The position numbers were made by a program, and so were the translations under genes. Below the pieces are notes generated by a model. The model saw only the letters and a list, made by a program, of their open reading frames with translations. It did not search any database and was not told where the DNA came from. From contig JAXLQJ010000008.1 in NCBI GenBank assembly GCA_046331705.1, forward strand, positions 62,001 to 126,000: a stretch of 64,000 nucleotides of DNA, given 5' to 3'. This DNA comes from a bacterium (GTDB lineage Bacteria > JADJOY01). The stretch's first letter is position 1; each line of letters starts with the position of its first letter. This document shows positions 18,280 through 30,149 of the stretch, piece by piece.

Positions 18280-18582
18280 ATGGGGTTCCTGCTCGGAAAC
18301 TTCCTGCTGACGATCGGGCTCTTCGCCAACGTCGTGCTTCAGCTCTACGGTTACGTGGTGATCGCGACGGTGGTGATCTCGTGGCTGCCCGTCGATCGCG
18401 GCCACCCGATCATCCACCTGCTCGATCAGCTGGTGGCACCACCGCTGGCGTGGCTGCGTCGCCACCTGCCGTTCCTGGTCCAAGGCGGCCTCGACCTGTC
18501 GCCGATGGCGCTCTGGATCCTCATCCAGGTCGTTCGCTCGGTGGCGGCCGGCGGCCTGATCGACGCGGCGCATCGGCTATGA
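18280..18582 (+). CDS. yggT: YggT family membrane protein
   Basis: VISW...HPI...P.LAWLRRHLP...GLDLSPM, in the yggS-proC context. Confidence 0.88.
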   Translation: MGFLLGNFLLTIGLFANVVLQLYGYVVIATVVISWLPVDRGHPIIHLLDQLVAPPLAWLRRHLPFLVQGGLDLSPMALWILIQVVRSVAAGGLIDAAHRL

Positions 18583-18905
18583 CGGCGGCGCCCTGTGCGC
18601 TGCGTTCCGTCCCCGGCGGGGTCGAGCTTGCGATCCGCGTCAAGCCGCGCGCGTCTCGCACGGCCTTGGTCGGGTTGCGCGAGGGTGCCTTCGAGGTCCG
18701 CGTCGCCGCGCCGCCCGTCGACGACGCCGCCAACGAGGAGCTGATCCGGTTCCTGGCGAAGCGCCTCGCCGTGCCGCAACGGGACCTGTCCATCACCCGT
18801 GGCGAGCGGTCCCGTCACAAGACGATTCACGCCGCGGGGCTCAGCGCGGATCAGGCGACCGCTCGTCTCGTTCCCACGGACCCAGCACCCACGGACCCAG
18901 GTTGA
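18579..18905 (+). CDS. DUF167 (YggU) family protein
   Basis: ATGA overlap. IRVKPRASR...VAAPPVDDAANEELIRFLAK...GERSRHK. Confidence 0.88.
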   Translation: MTAAPCALRSVPGGVELAIRVKPRASRTALVGLREGAFEVRVAAPPVDDAANEELIRFLAKRLAVPQRDLSITRGERSRHKTIHAAGLSADQATARLVPTDPAPTDPG

Positions 18906-18929
18906 CCGACGGGAGACCATCGTTATATT
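18902..18929 (+). promoter_or_regulatory. Putative sigma70 promoter for the FmdB-family gene
   Basis: TTGACC-N16-TATATT about 95 nt upstream of ATG 19023. Confidence 0.45.
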
Positions 18930-19022
18930 CCGCCCGCTTCCCACGGCTTCCCACGAATTTTCGCGGCCAGGCGCATCGTCGAGGCGAGCTCGCGCCCGGC
19001 TCACGGCCGCCAAGGAGTCGAC

Positions 19023-19376
19023 ATGCCGATCTACGAGTACCAATGCCCCGCCTGCGGCGCCACGTTCGAGAAGCAACAGTCGATCACCGCAGCTCCCATC
19101 AAGACCTGCCCGGAATGCGGCGGGCGCAAGGTCCAACGACTCATCTCGAGCACCTCGTTCGTGCTCAAGGGCTCGGGCTGGTACGTGACGGATTACGCGC
19201 GAAAAGACGGCAAGGGCGCGAAGGGCTCGGACGCGAAAGAGTCGAAGGAATCGAAGAGCTCCTCGGACGCGAAGTCGGAATCCAGCACCAAGACGGAAAG
19301 CGCGAGCGAGACCAAGACGAAGGACAAGAGCGCTTCGACCTCGTCGAGCACGAGCACCGCGACACCTTCGAGCTGA
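19023..19376 (+). CDS. FmdB family zinc-ribbon protein
   Basis: [12 protein letters not shown]...CPECGG...[19 protein letters not shown], then a Ser/Lys-rich tail. Confidence 0.92.
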   Translation: MPIYEYQCPACGATFEKQQSITAAPIKTCPECGGRKVQRLISSTSFVLKGSGWYVTDYARKDGKGAKGSDAKESKESKSSSDAKSESSTKTESASETKTKDKSASTSSSTSTATPSS

Positions 19377-19439
19377 CCACGCCGTCCGGATCACGCGCCC
19401 GGCCCCCAGCACCCACCGCGACCCCGCCGTAGGCCGAGC

Positions 19440-19970
19440 GTGGCGACGACGACCCCGCGCACGGTTCCGGCGCGCCCGCCCCTTCCGCGGATCACCGCGA
19501 CCCGTGACGCGCTGATCGTCGCCGCCGCGGGCGCGGCGTGGATCGGCGACACGGCGCTCGCTGGCCGGAGCGACGGGGGCACGGCCGCGCTCGGGATCGC
19601 GACCGGCGTGCTCACGGCGCTGGTCGGCTTCCTGACCCACGAGTGGGGCCACCTCGCCGGGGCGTTGCTCGCGGGGAGCACGGTCCACTTCCCCAATCGC
19701 ATCATCGCGCCGCTGCTCTTTCATTTCGACGGCAACCGCAATGGCCGCCGTCAATTCCTCGCCATGTCGTACGGCGGCTTCGCAGCGAGCGCCGTGGCGC
19801 TCGCGCTGCTCGTGTGGCTGGTTCCCGGCGATCGCTGGTCGGGGCGCACGGCGCTCGTGCTGGCGGGCATCGGGACGCTCGTGACGCTCGTCGCCGAGGT
19901 GCCGACCGCCGTCCGCGTGGCTCGCGGCGCTCCTCTGCCGACGGGCTTCGCCTTCACTCCCCCCCGCTGA
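19440..19970 (+). CDS. Hypothetical membrane protein with an HExxH motif (M50-like)
   Basis: Several hydrophobic segments; FLTHEWGHLAGA. Confidence 0.65.
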   Translation: MATTTPRTVPARPPLPRITATRDALIVAAAGAAWIGDTALAGRSDGGTAALGIATGVLTALVGFLTHEWGHLAGALLAGSTVHFPNRIIAPLLFHFDGNRNGRRQFLAMSYGGFAASAVALALLVWLVPGDRWSGRTALVLAGIGTLVTLVAEVPTAVRVARGAPLPTGFAFTPPR

Positions 19971-20072
19971 GGCAATCCGCGCCCTCAGGATCCTGGCCGA
20001 TCCCCGCGCTGCTTTACGGGGCGGTGACGCTCCCGTATGTTGGCGCGCCCTTCCGCACCGGTGGCTTCGACG

Positions 20073-20944
20073 ATGGGCGAGATTCTCGATGGCAAGGCGC
20101 TCGCAGCCGAGGTGCGAGCGGAAGTGCAACGCGGCGTCGCGGCGCTGATCGCGAGCGGTGGGCCGCGCCCGGGCCTCACGGTGGTGCGAGTCGGCGAGGA
20201 TCCCGCGAGCGCGGTCTACGTGCGCGGCAAGCGGACCGCGTCGGAGGCCGTGGGGATCGCCGCGGTCGAGCACCACCTGCCGGAAACCACGTCCGAGGCC
20301 GAGCTCCTGGCGCTGCTGGATCGCCTCAACGCCGATCCCACCGTGCACGGCATCCTGGTCCAGCTCCCCCTCCCCAAGCAGATCCGACCGACGGTGGTCC
20401 TCGACCGCATCTCGGCGCTCAAGGACGTCGACGGCTTTCACCCCGACAACGTCGGCCTCTTGGTCCAGGGGCGACCGCGCTTCAAGCCGTGCACGCCGCA
20501 CGGCGTGATGCGCATGCTCGATTCGATCGGTGTCGCGCTGGCGGGCAAGGAAGCGGTCGTCATCGGGCGCAGCGAGATCGTCGGCAAGCCGGTCGCGATC
20601 CTACTGCTCGAACGCCACGCCACGGTGACCATCTGCCACTCGCGCACTCGCGACCTCGCGGCGACCGTGGGTCGCGCGGAGGTGCTGGTCGCCGCCGTCG
20701 GCAAACCGGAGCTCGTGCGGGGCAGCTGGATCCGCGAGGGCGCGGTGGTGATCGACGTCGGCATGAATCGCCTCGCGAGCGGCAAGCTGGTCGGCGACGT
20801 GGAGTTCGCCGCCGCCAGGGAGCGCGCGTCACACATCACGCCGGTGCCGGGCGGTGTGGGCCCCATGACGATCGCCATGCTCCTCCACAACACCCTCGAG
20901 GCCGCGCGCGCGGCTCACGCCCGCGCCCACTCGGAGAAAGCCTC

Positions 20945-20948
<4 letters not shown>
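20073..20948 (+). CDS. folD: Methylenetetrahydrofolate dehydrogenase/cyclohydrolase
   Basis: [51 protein letters not shown]. Confidence 0.97.
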
Positions 20949-22048
<1,100 letters not shown>

Positions 22049-22084
22049 ACCGAGCAAGCTCTCGAGACCTGCGAAGGAGATCGC

Positions 22085-22483
22085 ATGCAAGTTCCCGGCA
22101 ATCTGCGCTACTCGAAGGAACACGAGTGGATCGACGCGAGCAACCCGGCCGAAGCCAGCGTCGGGATCACCGACTACGCGCAATCGCACCTCGGTGACGT
22201 CGTGTACCTGGAGATCCAGGTGAAAGCGGGCGACACGCTCGCCAAGGACCAGACCTTCGCGACCGTCGAGTCGGTGAAGGCGGTGTCCGAGATCTACGCG
22301 CCGGTCGCCGGCACGGTGGTGGCGGTGAACAGCGGCCTCGTGGACGCGCCCGAGCGGATCAACAGCGATCCCTACGGCGACGCCTGGCTCGTCAAGATCG
22401 AGGTGACGGGCGCCGGCGAGGTCGACGCGCTGATGTCCGCGGACGCGTATCAGGCCTTCGTCGAAGCAGAGACCAACGCCTAG
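22085..22483 (+). CDS. gcvH: Glycine cleavage system H protein
   Basis: YSKEHEW, VGITDYAQ, lipoyl site VESVKAVS, INSDPYG. Confidence 0.96.
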   Translation: MQVPGNLRYSKEHEWIDASNPAEASVGITDYAQSHLGDVVYLEIQVKAGDTLAKDQTFATVESVKAVSEIYAPVAGTVVAVNSGLVDAPERINSDPYGDAWLVKIEVTGAGEVDALMSADAYQAFVEAETNA

Positions 22484-22574
22484 CCGATCGCTTCCGATCG
22501 GGATCGACCCGCTCTTCGCAGGAAAGGGAGAGCGGTCCGCCGCTCGCGCCAGCGCTCGCGACCGTGGGTGACGC

Positions 22575-23690
22575 TCACGGGACGAGACGCTGCGAGACGT
22601 GGGCGCGGATCTTGTCCATCGCGTAGTTGCCGGCGCCCTGCGCGAACCGCGTGCGCACCAGCTCGACGTCGAGCTCCACGGGCAGCCCGGTCTTGCGATC
22701 GAACCAGGCGCGCCCGCTCACGTCCATCTCGTTCCCCGAGTTCGAGAAAGCGCTGCTCAGCGCACGCGGCGTGCCCTGCGAGGTGGTCTCGAGATTGGTG
22801 GGGATGGTGCTCACGCCCAGGTGCTTCTCCGGCGCCTCGACGTGGAAGCGGATGGATTGGACGAGGTCGATGGCCGAGTCCCAGGATTGACCGGCCTTCA
22901 CCGAGCGGGGCGGGAACGAGATCTCGCCCAGCATCACGTCGACGAAGCCGGGATACGGATCGAGCGCGACGAGCTCCTGCTCGCGCTCCGAGACTCCGAG
23001 CTTGCCACTGCGGTTGAAATGCCGGACCACCTGCGCCTCGGTCATGAGCGGCCGCAGCCGCTCGAGGTGCGCCTGGTAGTCGGCGACGCTGTCGCCGCTC
23101 ACGTCGAGATCGAAGACCGCGTCCCGAAAGCGATCGACCACCACGACTTCCTCCGCGCTGGCGCTCTGGACGGTGCGCTCGATGCGGTAGCGAACCGATC
23201 CCTTCGCCTCCACGACGCTCGCCTGACGCTGGATCGATTGCCGTAGCTCGATGGTGCGCGCGAAAGCGTAGCTGTCGCCGGGGCGAAGCCTCAGCTCGAG
23301 CCGCGTGGTCGGCGGTAGCACCACCCACACCACGAGCGCGAGCGCCACGACCCCGACGAGAATCAGCCACCCGAGCTTGCTGGAATCGTGCTGGGCGCGC
23401 GCGGCGCGCTCCGCCGCGGACGCCCGCACCGGCGCGCCGATCGGCGGGCTCACGATCTCGACGTCGGCACCCGCGCGTGCCAGCGCGCCCGCCACTTCGC
23501 GCGCACGCTCGGCGCCCACCCCGGTCACCACGGGGCACGGCACTCGCGCGAGCACGCGGCCGATCTCGTCGTCGGCCAAGCCCGCGAGCTGCAAGATCTC
23601 GCGCACCGTCGCGAGCGCCGCTTCGTCCGCCGGCAGCGCCTTGAGGATCACGCGATAGCGCGCCTGCTGCAGCGAGGCTCGATCGATCAT
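22575..23690 (-). CDS. Hypothetical single-pass membrane protein (N-terminal L7/L12-CTD-like segment, extracytoplasmic C-domain)
   Basis: 371-aa ORF. ARVPCPVVTGVGAERAREVAGALARAGADVEI, then a TM segment LGWLILVGVVALALVVWVVL. Confidence 0.65.
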   Translation of the reverse strand: MIDRASLQQARYRVILKALPADEAALATVREILQLAGLADDEIGRVLARVPCPVVTGVGAERAREVAGALARAGADVEIVSPPIGAPVRASAAERAARAQHDSSKLGWLILVGVVALALVVWVVLPPTTRLELRLRPGDSYAFARTIELRQSIQRQASVVEAKGSVRYRIERTVQSASAEEVVVVDRFRDAVFDLDVSGDSVADYQAHLERLRPLMTEAQVVRHFNRSGKLGVSEREQELVALDPYPGFVDVMLGEISFPPRSVKAGQSWDSAIDLVQSIRFHVEAPEKHLGVSTIPTNLETTSQGTPRALSSAFSNSGNEMDVSGRAWFDRKTGLPVELDVELVRTRFAQGAGNYAMDKIRAHVSQRLVP

Positions 23691-23703
23691 GCGCGCGGTC
23701 CGC

Positions 23704-23925
23704 CTAGAACCAGCGCCGGAGAAGGCTCGACGCCAAGGTGAGCACGACCGAGACGACGATCATCGAGGTGATCGGAAGATAGAACCGCGAGTGCTCGCCC
23801 TCGATGCGGATGTCTCCCGGGAGACGTCCGAACCACGAGAGCGCCCCCGAATACACGAGCACGCCGACGAGCACGACGGCGACACCGAGCCCGATCAACA
23901 GCAATCCCGCGCCCTTCCCTGTCAT
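23704..23925 (-). CDS. DUF2905 family membrane protein
   Basis: WFGRLPGDIRIE...FYLPITSMIVVSVVLT. Confidence 0.88.
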   Translation of the reverse strand: MTGKGAGLLLIGLGVAVVLVGVLVYSGALSWFGRLPGDIRIEGEHSRFYLPITSMIVVSVVLTLASSLLRRWF

Positions 23926-23998
23926 GGCTCGAGGCTCGGATTCGCTCCGGTGCGTGACGATGCTGGGCGCAGCCCGCGGAGCACGCCCGTGCTCGGCG

Positions 23999-25192
23999 TC
24001 AATGGGGCCGGTCGCGCCCCTCCTCGTAGTCGACCCGCGCCGCCGCCGAGCCCGTCCCCGCGTCCAGGATCGATGGCCCGCGGCCGCGCGGCTGGTAGTA
24101 GCGCTCCACGAGCGAGTCCGCCATCCGCTGGCGCGCGTCGGTCCGCACCAGGGTCAGCACGAAGCCACCGAAGCCGGCGCCGGTGAGGCGCGCCCCGAGG
24201 ACACCGGGCACGGATCGAGCCAGCGCCACCAGCTCGTCGACGTCCGGGTGCGAAACCTCGAAATCGTCGCGCAGGCTCGCGTGCGACGCGTCGAGCAAGG
24301 CGCCCATCCGTTCCGCGTCGCCGGCCCTGAGCGCGGCGACCGCGTCGCGCACCCGTTGGCATTCGGTGACGACGTGACGCAAGCGACGATCGAGCGGCGC
24401 CGGGACCACCGCCAACGCCTCGGCGAGCCGTGCAACGGGCACGTCGCGCAAGTCACGCAGCTCCCAGCCCGCGCCCACCAGCGCCGCGAGCGCCCGCGCC
24501 GTTTCCTCGCGCCGCTCGTTGTACTTCGAGCCCGCGAGCGTCCGCGGCACGCGCGAGTCGGCGAGCACGAAGCTCGCGCCTTCGAGCCTGAGCGGCACGC
24601 CCTCGGTGGCGCCGGTGCGGCAATCGAGGAGCAGCGCCTCCCCCTCACCCGCCACCGCCACGGCCATCGGGTCCATCAGACCGCACGCGACTCCCACCGT
24701 GCGGTTCTCGACGGCTTGCGCGAGGCGCGCGATCTGCTCGGGATCCAGCCCCGCGCCGAGCAGCGCATCGAGCGCGGTGGCGAGCGCCACGTCGAGCGAC
24801 GCGGAGCTCGAAAGCCCGCCGCCGAGCGGCACGTCCCCCGTGATGCTCACGACCAGCCCCGGCATGCGCGAGCCGCGGGCGGCGAGCTCGCGCACCGTGC
24901 CGCGCACGTAGTCGGCCCAATCGCCCGCGCGCTCGGCGTTGTCGACGGAGAACGAGACCTCGCCGAGTCGCGAGGAGAACACTCGGCACTCGCGGCCGGG
25001 CGCGACGCCGAACGTCACGTAGGTGCGGTTGGGGATCGCCATCGGCAACACCCAACCGCCGCAATAGTCGACGTGCTCCCCGATGAGATTCACCCGTCCC
25101 GGCGCCGAAGCGACCACCGCCGGCGGAGCGCCGAAGCGCTCCTCGTGGATCAGGTACGCGCGGCGCGTGTGCGGGTCGCGGAACTCAGGCAT
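23999..25192 (-). CDS. galK: Galactokinase
   Basis: APGRVNLIGEHVDY, PLGGGLSSSAS, CGLMD, GARLTGAGFGG. Confidence 0.92.
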   Translation of the reverse strand: MPEFRDPHTRRAYLIHEERFGAPPAVVASAPGRVNLIGEHVDYCGGWVLPMAIPNRTYVTFGVAPGRECRVFSSRLGEVSFSVDNAERAGDWADYVRGTVRELAARGSRMPGLVVSITGDVPLGGGLSSSASLDVALATALDALLGAGLDPEQIARLAQAVENRTVGVACGLMDPMAVAVAGEGEALLLDCRTGATEGVPLRLEGASFVLADSRVPRTLAGSKYNERREETARALAALVGAGWELRDLRDVPVARLAEALAVVPAPLDRRLRHVVTECQRVRDAVAALRAGDAERMGALLDASHASLRDDFEVSHPDVDELVALARSVPGVLGARLTGAGFGGFVLTLVRTDARQRMADSLVERYYQPRGRGPSILDAGTGSAAARVDYEEGRDRPH

Positions 25193-25267
25193 CGCGACGG
25201 GGCCGTTGCGGGTCCGGGAAGCTCGTGCGGCGCCCGCACGCGCCGCGCGCCTGTTGCGCGAACGCCG

Positions 25268-26686
25268 TCACACGTCCTCGGGCGTCCAGCGCAGGTGGAG
25301 CTGACGCGCCGCCAGGGCTTCGTTCACGCGCCGAACGGGTGTGGAATGCGGAGCCGAGCGCACGGTCTCGGGATCGGTATCCATTTCCTGGCGAACGGCC
25401 TTCACCGCGTCGATGAAGCGATCCAGCTCCTCGAGCGATTCGGTCTCGGTGGGCTCGATCAGGATCGCGCCCTTGACGTGGATCGGGAAATACACCGTGG
25501 GCGGATGGAAGCCGTGATCGAGCAGGCGCTTGGCCAGGTCGAGCGTGGCCAGATCGCTCGGAAAGCCCTTGTCGGTCGCGACGAACTCGTGGAACGACGG
25601 CGTCGCGAACGGCACGTGAAGCGTGTCCTTGAGGCGCGCCTTCAAGTAGTTCGCGTTGAGCACCGCCTCTTCGCTCACTTCCTTGAGGCCGGCGCCGCCC
25701 AGCGAGCGGATGTACGTCCAGGCCCGGATGTACATGCCCCATTGCCCGAAATACGCCTTCACGGGGCCGATGGACTCGGGCTGGCCGGAGCCGGGCGCGA
25801 AGGGCGCCAGCTTGGAGACGTAGCCGATCGGACCGGAGCCGGGGCCGCCACCGCCGTGCGGCGTGGTGAAGGTCTTGTGCAAGTTGAAGTGCATCACGTC
25901 CACGCCGAGCTTGCCGGGCTGGAAGATCCCCATGACCGCGTTGAAGTTGGCGCCGTCCATGTAGAGCAACGCGTCCTTGGCGTGCAGCGCGTCCGCGATC
26001 CGGCGCAGGTCGCGCTCGTAGAGGCCGCAGGTGTTGGGGTTGGTGATCATGATGCCGGCGACCGTGTCGTCCAGATGCGGCAACACGTCCTCGAGCCGCA
26101 GGTACCCGTCCGCGCCCGAGCTGATGTTCTTGCACTTGAACCCGGTCATCGCCGCCGAGGCCGGATTGGTGCCGTGCGCCGTGTCCGGGATGAGGATCAC
26201 GTTCTTGGCGGTGTTCCCGCGCTTCACGTGGTAGGCCTTCATCATGAAGGTGGCGGTGAGCTCGCCGTGGGCGCCGGCGGCGGGTAGCAGGCAGACCTGA
26301 TCGAAGCCCGACACCTCCGCCAGGTCGCGCGCCAGCTCGTCCATGATGCGCTGGTGAGCGTCCAGGTAAGGCGCCGGCCAGTAGGGGTGCGGCGACGCGA
26401 AACGGGGGTCCGCGGCGACGGCCTCGTTGAGCCGCGGGTTGTGCTTCATCGTGCAGCTGCCCAGCGGATAGAGGCCGCGGTCGATGTCGAAGTTGAGCGT
26501 CGAGAGCCGCGTGTAGTGACGCACGGCCTCGGGCTCCGAGACCTGCGCCATGCCGCCGCAGTGGTCACTGCGCTCGGGCAGGTCGAGCGCCACGGCGTCG
26601 ACCTCGGGATTGGGCGCGAGCGCCTGGAAGCCGTCGCGATCGTCGCGAGCGATGTGGAAGATGGGGCGATCAACGACCGATCGCAT
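25268..26686 (-). CDS. gcvPB: Glycine dehydrogenase subunit 2
   Basis: YPLGSCTMKHNP, AHGTNPASA, PLP-lysine NLHKTFTTPHGGGGPG, IEPTETES. Confidence 0.95.
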   Translation of the reverse strand: MRSVVDRPIFHIARDDRDGFQALAPNPEVDAVALDLPERSDHCGGMAQVSEPEAVRHYTRLSTLNFDIDRGLYPLGSCTMKHNPRLNEAVAADPRFASPHPYWPAPYLDAHQRIMDELARDLAEVSGFDQVCLLPAAGAHGELTATFMMKAYHVKRGNTAKNVILIPDTAHGTNPASAAMTGFKCKNISSGADGYLRLEDVLPHLDDTVAGIMITNPNTCGLYERDLRRIADALHAKDALLYMDGANFNAVMGIFQPGKLGVDVMHFNLHKTFTTPHGGGGPGSGPIGYVSKLAPFAPGSGQPESIGPVKAYFGQWGMYIRAWTYIRSLGGAGLKEVSEEAVLNANYLKARLKDTLHVPFATPSFHEFVATDKGFPSDLATLDLAKRLLDHGFHPPTVYFPIHVKGAILIEPTETESLEELDRFIDAVKAVRQEMDTDPETVRSAPHSTPVRRVNEALAARQLHLRWTPEDV

Positions 26687-27995
26687 GGCGGCGAACCTCC
26701 TCGACGATGGCCTGCGCGTCCGGGTAGTGAAGCTCCGTCACGTTGACGAGATAGCGGTGCCGCATCGCCGGGTCCGCGGGATAGAACCGTGCGAGCGGCA
26801 CGCCCAGCACGAAGCCCTCCCTCGCCAACGACTCGTGAAGCCCCGGCTTCCTGGCGAGATCGATCACGAACTCGTTGAAAAAGGGGCCGTCGTACGGGAG
26901 CTCGATCCCTGCGGCCGCGAGCCCCCGCGCGACGTAGTGCGCCGCCTTGGCGTTCTGGCGCGCGACGTCCTCGAGACCGCGCCGCCCCATCAAGCTCAGG
27001 TAGGTCACGGCGCGCAGGCACATGAGGCCCGACGCCGTGCAGATGTTCGAGGTGGCGCGATCGCGTCGGATGAACTGCTCGCGCGTCGCGAGGGTGATGC
27101 AGTACGCTTCCTTGCCGTCGGCGTCGACGGTGCGGCCGATGAGCCGCCCCGGCAGCTGCCGGACGTTTTCCTTCTTGGTCGCGAAATACCCCGAGGTGGG
27201 CCCGCCGAGCTGCACCGGGATGCCAAAGCTCTGGATCTCGCCCACGGCGATCTGGCACGGCACCGGCGGCAGCAGCGCCAGCGACATCGCCTCGGTCGCG
27301 CACCAGATGGTGAACGCGTTCGCGGCGAGGCCCGCGGTGTCCTCGACGACGCCGAAGAAGTTGGGGCTCTGGACCACCACGGCGAGCGCGGACGCCTGAT
27401 CCGCCGCCGACACCTCGAAGCGCGTGCGCCCGCTCGCGGGATCCACCGGCAGCTCGACGATCTCGATGCCATCCTGAAACGAGAGATAGGTACGCAGCAC
27501 CGCCAGGTACTCCGGGTGCAGCGCGCCCGCGACGTAGAGGCGATGCGCCTTCGGCCGCAGGCGCTTCGCCATCAGCACCGCCTCGGCGAGCGCCGTGCTG
27601 CCGTCGTACATGCCGGCGTTGGCGATCTCCTGCCCGGTGAGCATCGCGGAGTACGTCTGGAACTCGTAGTACATGACGCAGGTGCCCTGGGCGATCTCGG
27701 GCTGATACGGCGTGTAGCTCGTGAGCCACTCGCTGCGCGCCACGACGCGCTCGAGCGCCGCGGGGATGAAGTGCGAATAGAGCCCGCCTCCGACCAGCGC
27801 GACCCGCGGCCGCTGGATCCCCATCGCTTCGATGTCGCGCCAGAGCTGCGCCTCGGGGACCGGACCATGGATGGCGAGCGGACGCTGCATCCGGTCCGCG
27901 GCGGGAATCGACGCGAACAATGCCTCGACGTCGGGCGCCCCGATCGCGCGCAGCATCTCCGCTCGCGTCGCGGGGGTAAGACCGCTGTAACGCAT
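26670..27995 (-). CDS. gcvPA: Glycine dehydrogenase subunit 1
   Basis: TSYTPYQPEIAQG, NAGMYDGSTA, PGRLIGRT, TREQFIRRDRATSNICT. Confidence 0.95.
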   Translation of the reverse strand: MRYSGLTPATRAEMLRAIGAPDVEALFASIPAADRMQRPLAIHGPVPEAQLWRDIEAMGIQRPRVALVGGGLYSHFIPAALERVVARSEWLTSYTPYQPEIAQGTCVMYYEFQTYSAMLTGQEIANAGMYDGSTALAEAVLMAKRLRPKAHRLYVAGALHPEYLAVLRTYLSFQDGIEIVELPVDPASGRTRFEVSAADQASALAVVVQSPNFFGVVEDTAGLAANAFTIWCATEAMSLALLPPVPCQIAVGEIQSFGIPVQLGGPTSGYFATKKENVRQLPGRLIGRTVDADGKEAYCITLATREQFIRRDRATSNICTASGLMCLRAVTYLSLMGRRGLEDVARQNAKAAHYVARGLAAAGIELPYDGPFFNEFVIDLARKPGLHESLAREGFVLGVPLARFYPADPAMRHRYLVNVTELHYPDAQAIVEEVRRHAIGR

Positions 27996-28142
27996 CGTCG
28001 AAAGACCTCCGGATTGTGAACGAAGCTGTGGCCCTGCCGCGCGGAAAGCCGCGTAGTGTGACCGAACGCCGGCGCCTTTTCCAGACCGGAAGCCGCGCGG
28101 GTCTGTGCTAGGTTCCGGGCCCCTCGTACGCGGAGACAAGCG

Positions 28143-29324
28143 ATGCCCACACGTGCCCGCCCCAAGCGCTCCTCCGGCGATCACGCTCCCACCACGCTCA
28201 TCACGGGCGCCACGGGCTTCCTGGGCAGGAATCTGCTCTACCGTCTGCTGGAGGCCGACGAGACCAGCCGCTACGCGTTGCTGGTGCGCGGCTCGGAGAC
28301 CTCGAGCCCGCGCAAGCGACTGCAGCGGCTGCTCGTGGGCAAGTACGGCGACGAGCGCACCGCCGAGCTGACCAAGCGCATCGACCTGGTCATGGGCGAC
28401 GTGAGCTGGGAGCACTTCGGGCTCGACGATCGCTCGTACGAGGCGCTCGCCGCCAACACCCACCGCATCATCCACGCCGCGGCGTCGGTGGCGTTCGCGC
28501 TACCGCTGGAGCAGGCGCGGACGATCAACGTCGGCGGCACCAAACACATCCTCGACTTCGCGTCCGCCTGCGGGAAGCACGGCGACTTCGAGCGTCTCGA
28601 CTACATCGGCACCGCCTTCGTGGCCGGCGACCGCGCGGGAACCGTCCTCGAGGACGAGCTCGATTGCGGCCAGCATTTCCACAACACCTACGAGCAGACC
28701 AAGTTCGAAGCCGAGAAGCTGGTCCGCGAGCACTGGAAGGACCTGCCGATCACCATCCACCGCCCGAGCATCGTGGTGGGCGAGTCCAAGACCGGGAAGA
28801 CCTCGAGCTTCAACGTCCTCTACTTCCCGCTCAAGATCTACGCGCGCGGCCTGTGGCGCTGGATTCCCGGGTCGCCGAGCACCGAGGTCGACATCGTGCC
28901 CATCGACTACGTGTGCGACGCCGTGCTCGGGTTGAGCCGCGATCCCAGCACGCTGGGGCGCTGCTTCCACGTCACCTCGAGCGATCACTCGACCACCATC
29001 GGCCGCGCCGCCGAGATGGCCAGCCATTACTTCGCCCAGAAGCCGGTGCGCTTCTTCCCGCCCAGCTTCTACATGAACGTGATCCACCGCAGCGTAGTGG
29101 TGGGAACGCTGCCCTTCCCGCGTCTGCACGACACGCTCATCAACAAGGGCTCGCTCTACCTGCCCTACTTCCTCATGAACTTCCATTTCGACGACCGCAA
29201 CGCCCGCTCCGTTCTCGAGCCGCACGGCATCCGCGCGCCCAAGGCCGAGGAGTACTTCGCGCAGATCTTCCAGTACGCCATCGACACCGAATGGGGCAAG
29301 AAGCTGCCCGACCGCGGCGATTGA
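28143..29324 (+). CDS. Extended SDR / thioester- or fatty acyl-CoA reductase-like (NAD_binding_4)
   Basis: LITGATGFLG, IIHAAASV, NTYEQTKFEAE, HRPSIVVG, DIVPIDYV. Confidence 0.85.
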   Translation: MPTRARPKRSSGDHAPTTLITGATGFLGRNLLYRLLEADETSRYALLVRGSETSSPRKRLQRLLVGKYGDERTAELTKRIDLVMGDVSWEHFGLDDRSYEALAANTHRIIHAAASVAFALPLEQARTINVGGTKHILDFASACGKHGDFERLDYIGTAFVAGDRAGTVLEDELDCGQHFHNTYEQTKFEAEKLVREHWKDLPITIHRPSIVVGESKTGKTSSFNVLYFPLKIYARGLWRWIPGSPSTEVDIVPIDYVCDAVLGLSRDPSTLGRCFHVTSSDHSTTIGRAAEMASHYFAQKPVRFFPPSFYMNVIHRSVVVGTLPFPRLHDTLINKGSLYLPYFLMNFHFDDRNARSVLEPHGIRAPKAEEYFAQIFQYAIDTEWGKKLPDRGD

Positions 29325-29358
29325 CGGCGCCACACGCGACTCCCCCGAGGAACGATTC

Positions 29359-30018
29359 ATGCCGCCATCCCAACCGAGCCACGCCGGCCCGCCGGGCAAC
29401 ATTCGCGACACCCTGTTCGGCGATCTCCCTCTCTCCGAATGGAGCCAAGACAAACCCGAGGCCGAGCCGTGGACGTGGTTCGCCGAGGCTCGGGCCGCGC
29501 GCGATCGCGGCGACGAGGCCGGCGCCGTGCACGCGCTGGAGCGCGTTCTCGGCGCGCGCGGGCTGGAAGCCCGCCACTATCTGCAAGCCTTCCAGGGCCT
29601 GCGGGAGCTCGGTTTCGCGGCACCCGACGAGGTCGCCAAGAACGTGCTGGGCGTCGTCGTCGAGGTCGCGATGGACGATGGCCTCGACCTGCTGGCTGCG
29701 TACGCCGATCGCAGCGCCCGCTACTACAACTACTCCGGCGCAGGCGTGGTGTGGGATCGACCCGACGATTCGCTCGACGAGCCGATCGCGGCGGTGCTCG
29801 ACGCCGGCAGCACGATCGTCGCCCAGATCGGCCCGTGGGACGGCGACCGCCCCGAGCCGCCGCCCAACGGCCACGTGCGCCTCAACATGCTCACGCCTTC
29901 CGGGCTGCATTTCGGGCAGGCCCCGTTCGAGGCGTTCGCCCGCGACGGGTTGGCGGGACCGCTGCTGCAGGCGGCCACCCAGCTCATGCAACGGCTCGTG
30001 ACGCTGAGCGGACGCTGA
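29359..30018 (+). CDS. Hypothetical protein
   Basis: 219-aa ORF with RBS and globular composition (RDTLFGD...GLDLLAAYADRSARYYNYSG). Confidence 0.7.
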   Translation: MPPSQPSHAGPPGNIRDTLFGDLPLSEWSQDKPEAEPWTWFAEARAARDRGDEAGAVHALERVLGARGLEARHYLQAFQGLRELGFAAPDEVAKNVLGVVVEVAMDDGLDLLAAYADRSARYYNYSGAGVVWDRPDDSLDEPIAAVLDAGSTIVAQIGPWDGDRPEPPPNGHVRLNMLTPSGLHFGQAPFEAFARDGLAGPLLQAATQLMQRLVTLSGR

Positions 30019-30149
30019 GCCGCGGGACAGCGGCGGCGACGCATCGGCGATGCGGCCGCGCAAGCGAAGACGCAGCTCGATCCACACGACGGCGGGAACC
30101 ACCGCGGCCGTGGTGCAGCGCGCTGCCACGGTGGAGTCCGAGTCGCCGT

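Noticed and set aside
19200-19376. Ser/Lys/Glu-rich repeat tail
   Set aside because: Ordinary low-complexity tail of FmdB-family proteins.
22484-22574. Intrinsic terminator between gcvH and the convergent gene
   Set aside because: A CCGCTCT...AGAGCGG stem exists but has a large loop and no U-tract, so support is too weak.
27996-28142. Glycine riboswitch upstream of gcvPA
   Set aside because: The divergent gap is short and lacks recognisable glycine aptamer motifs.
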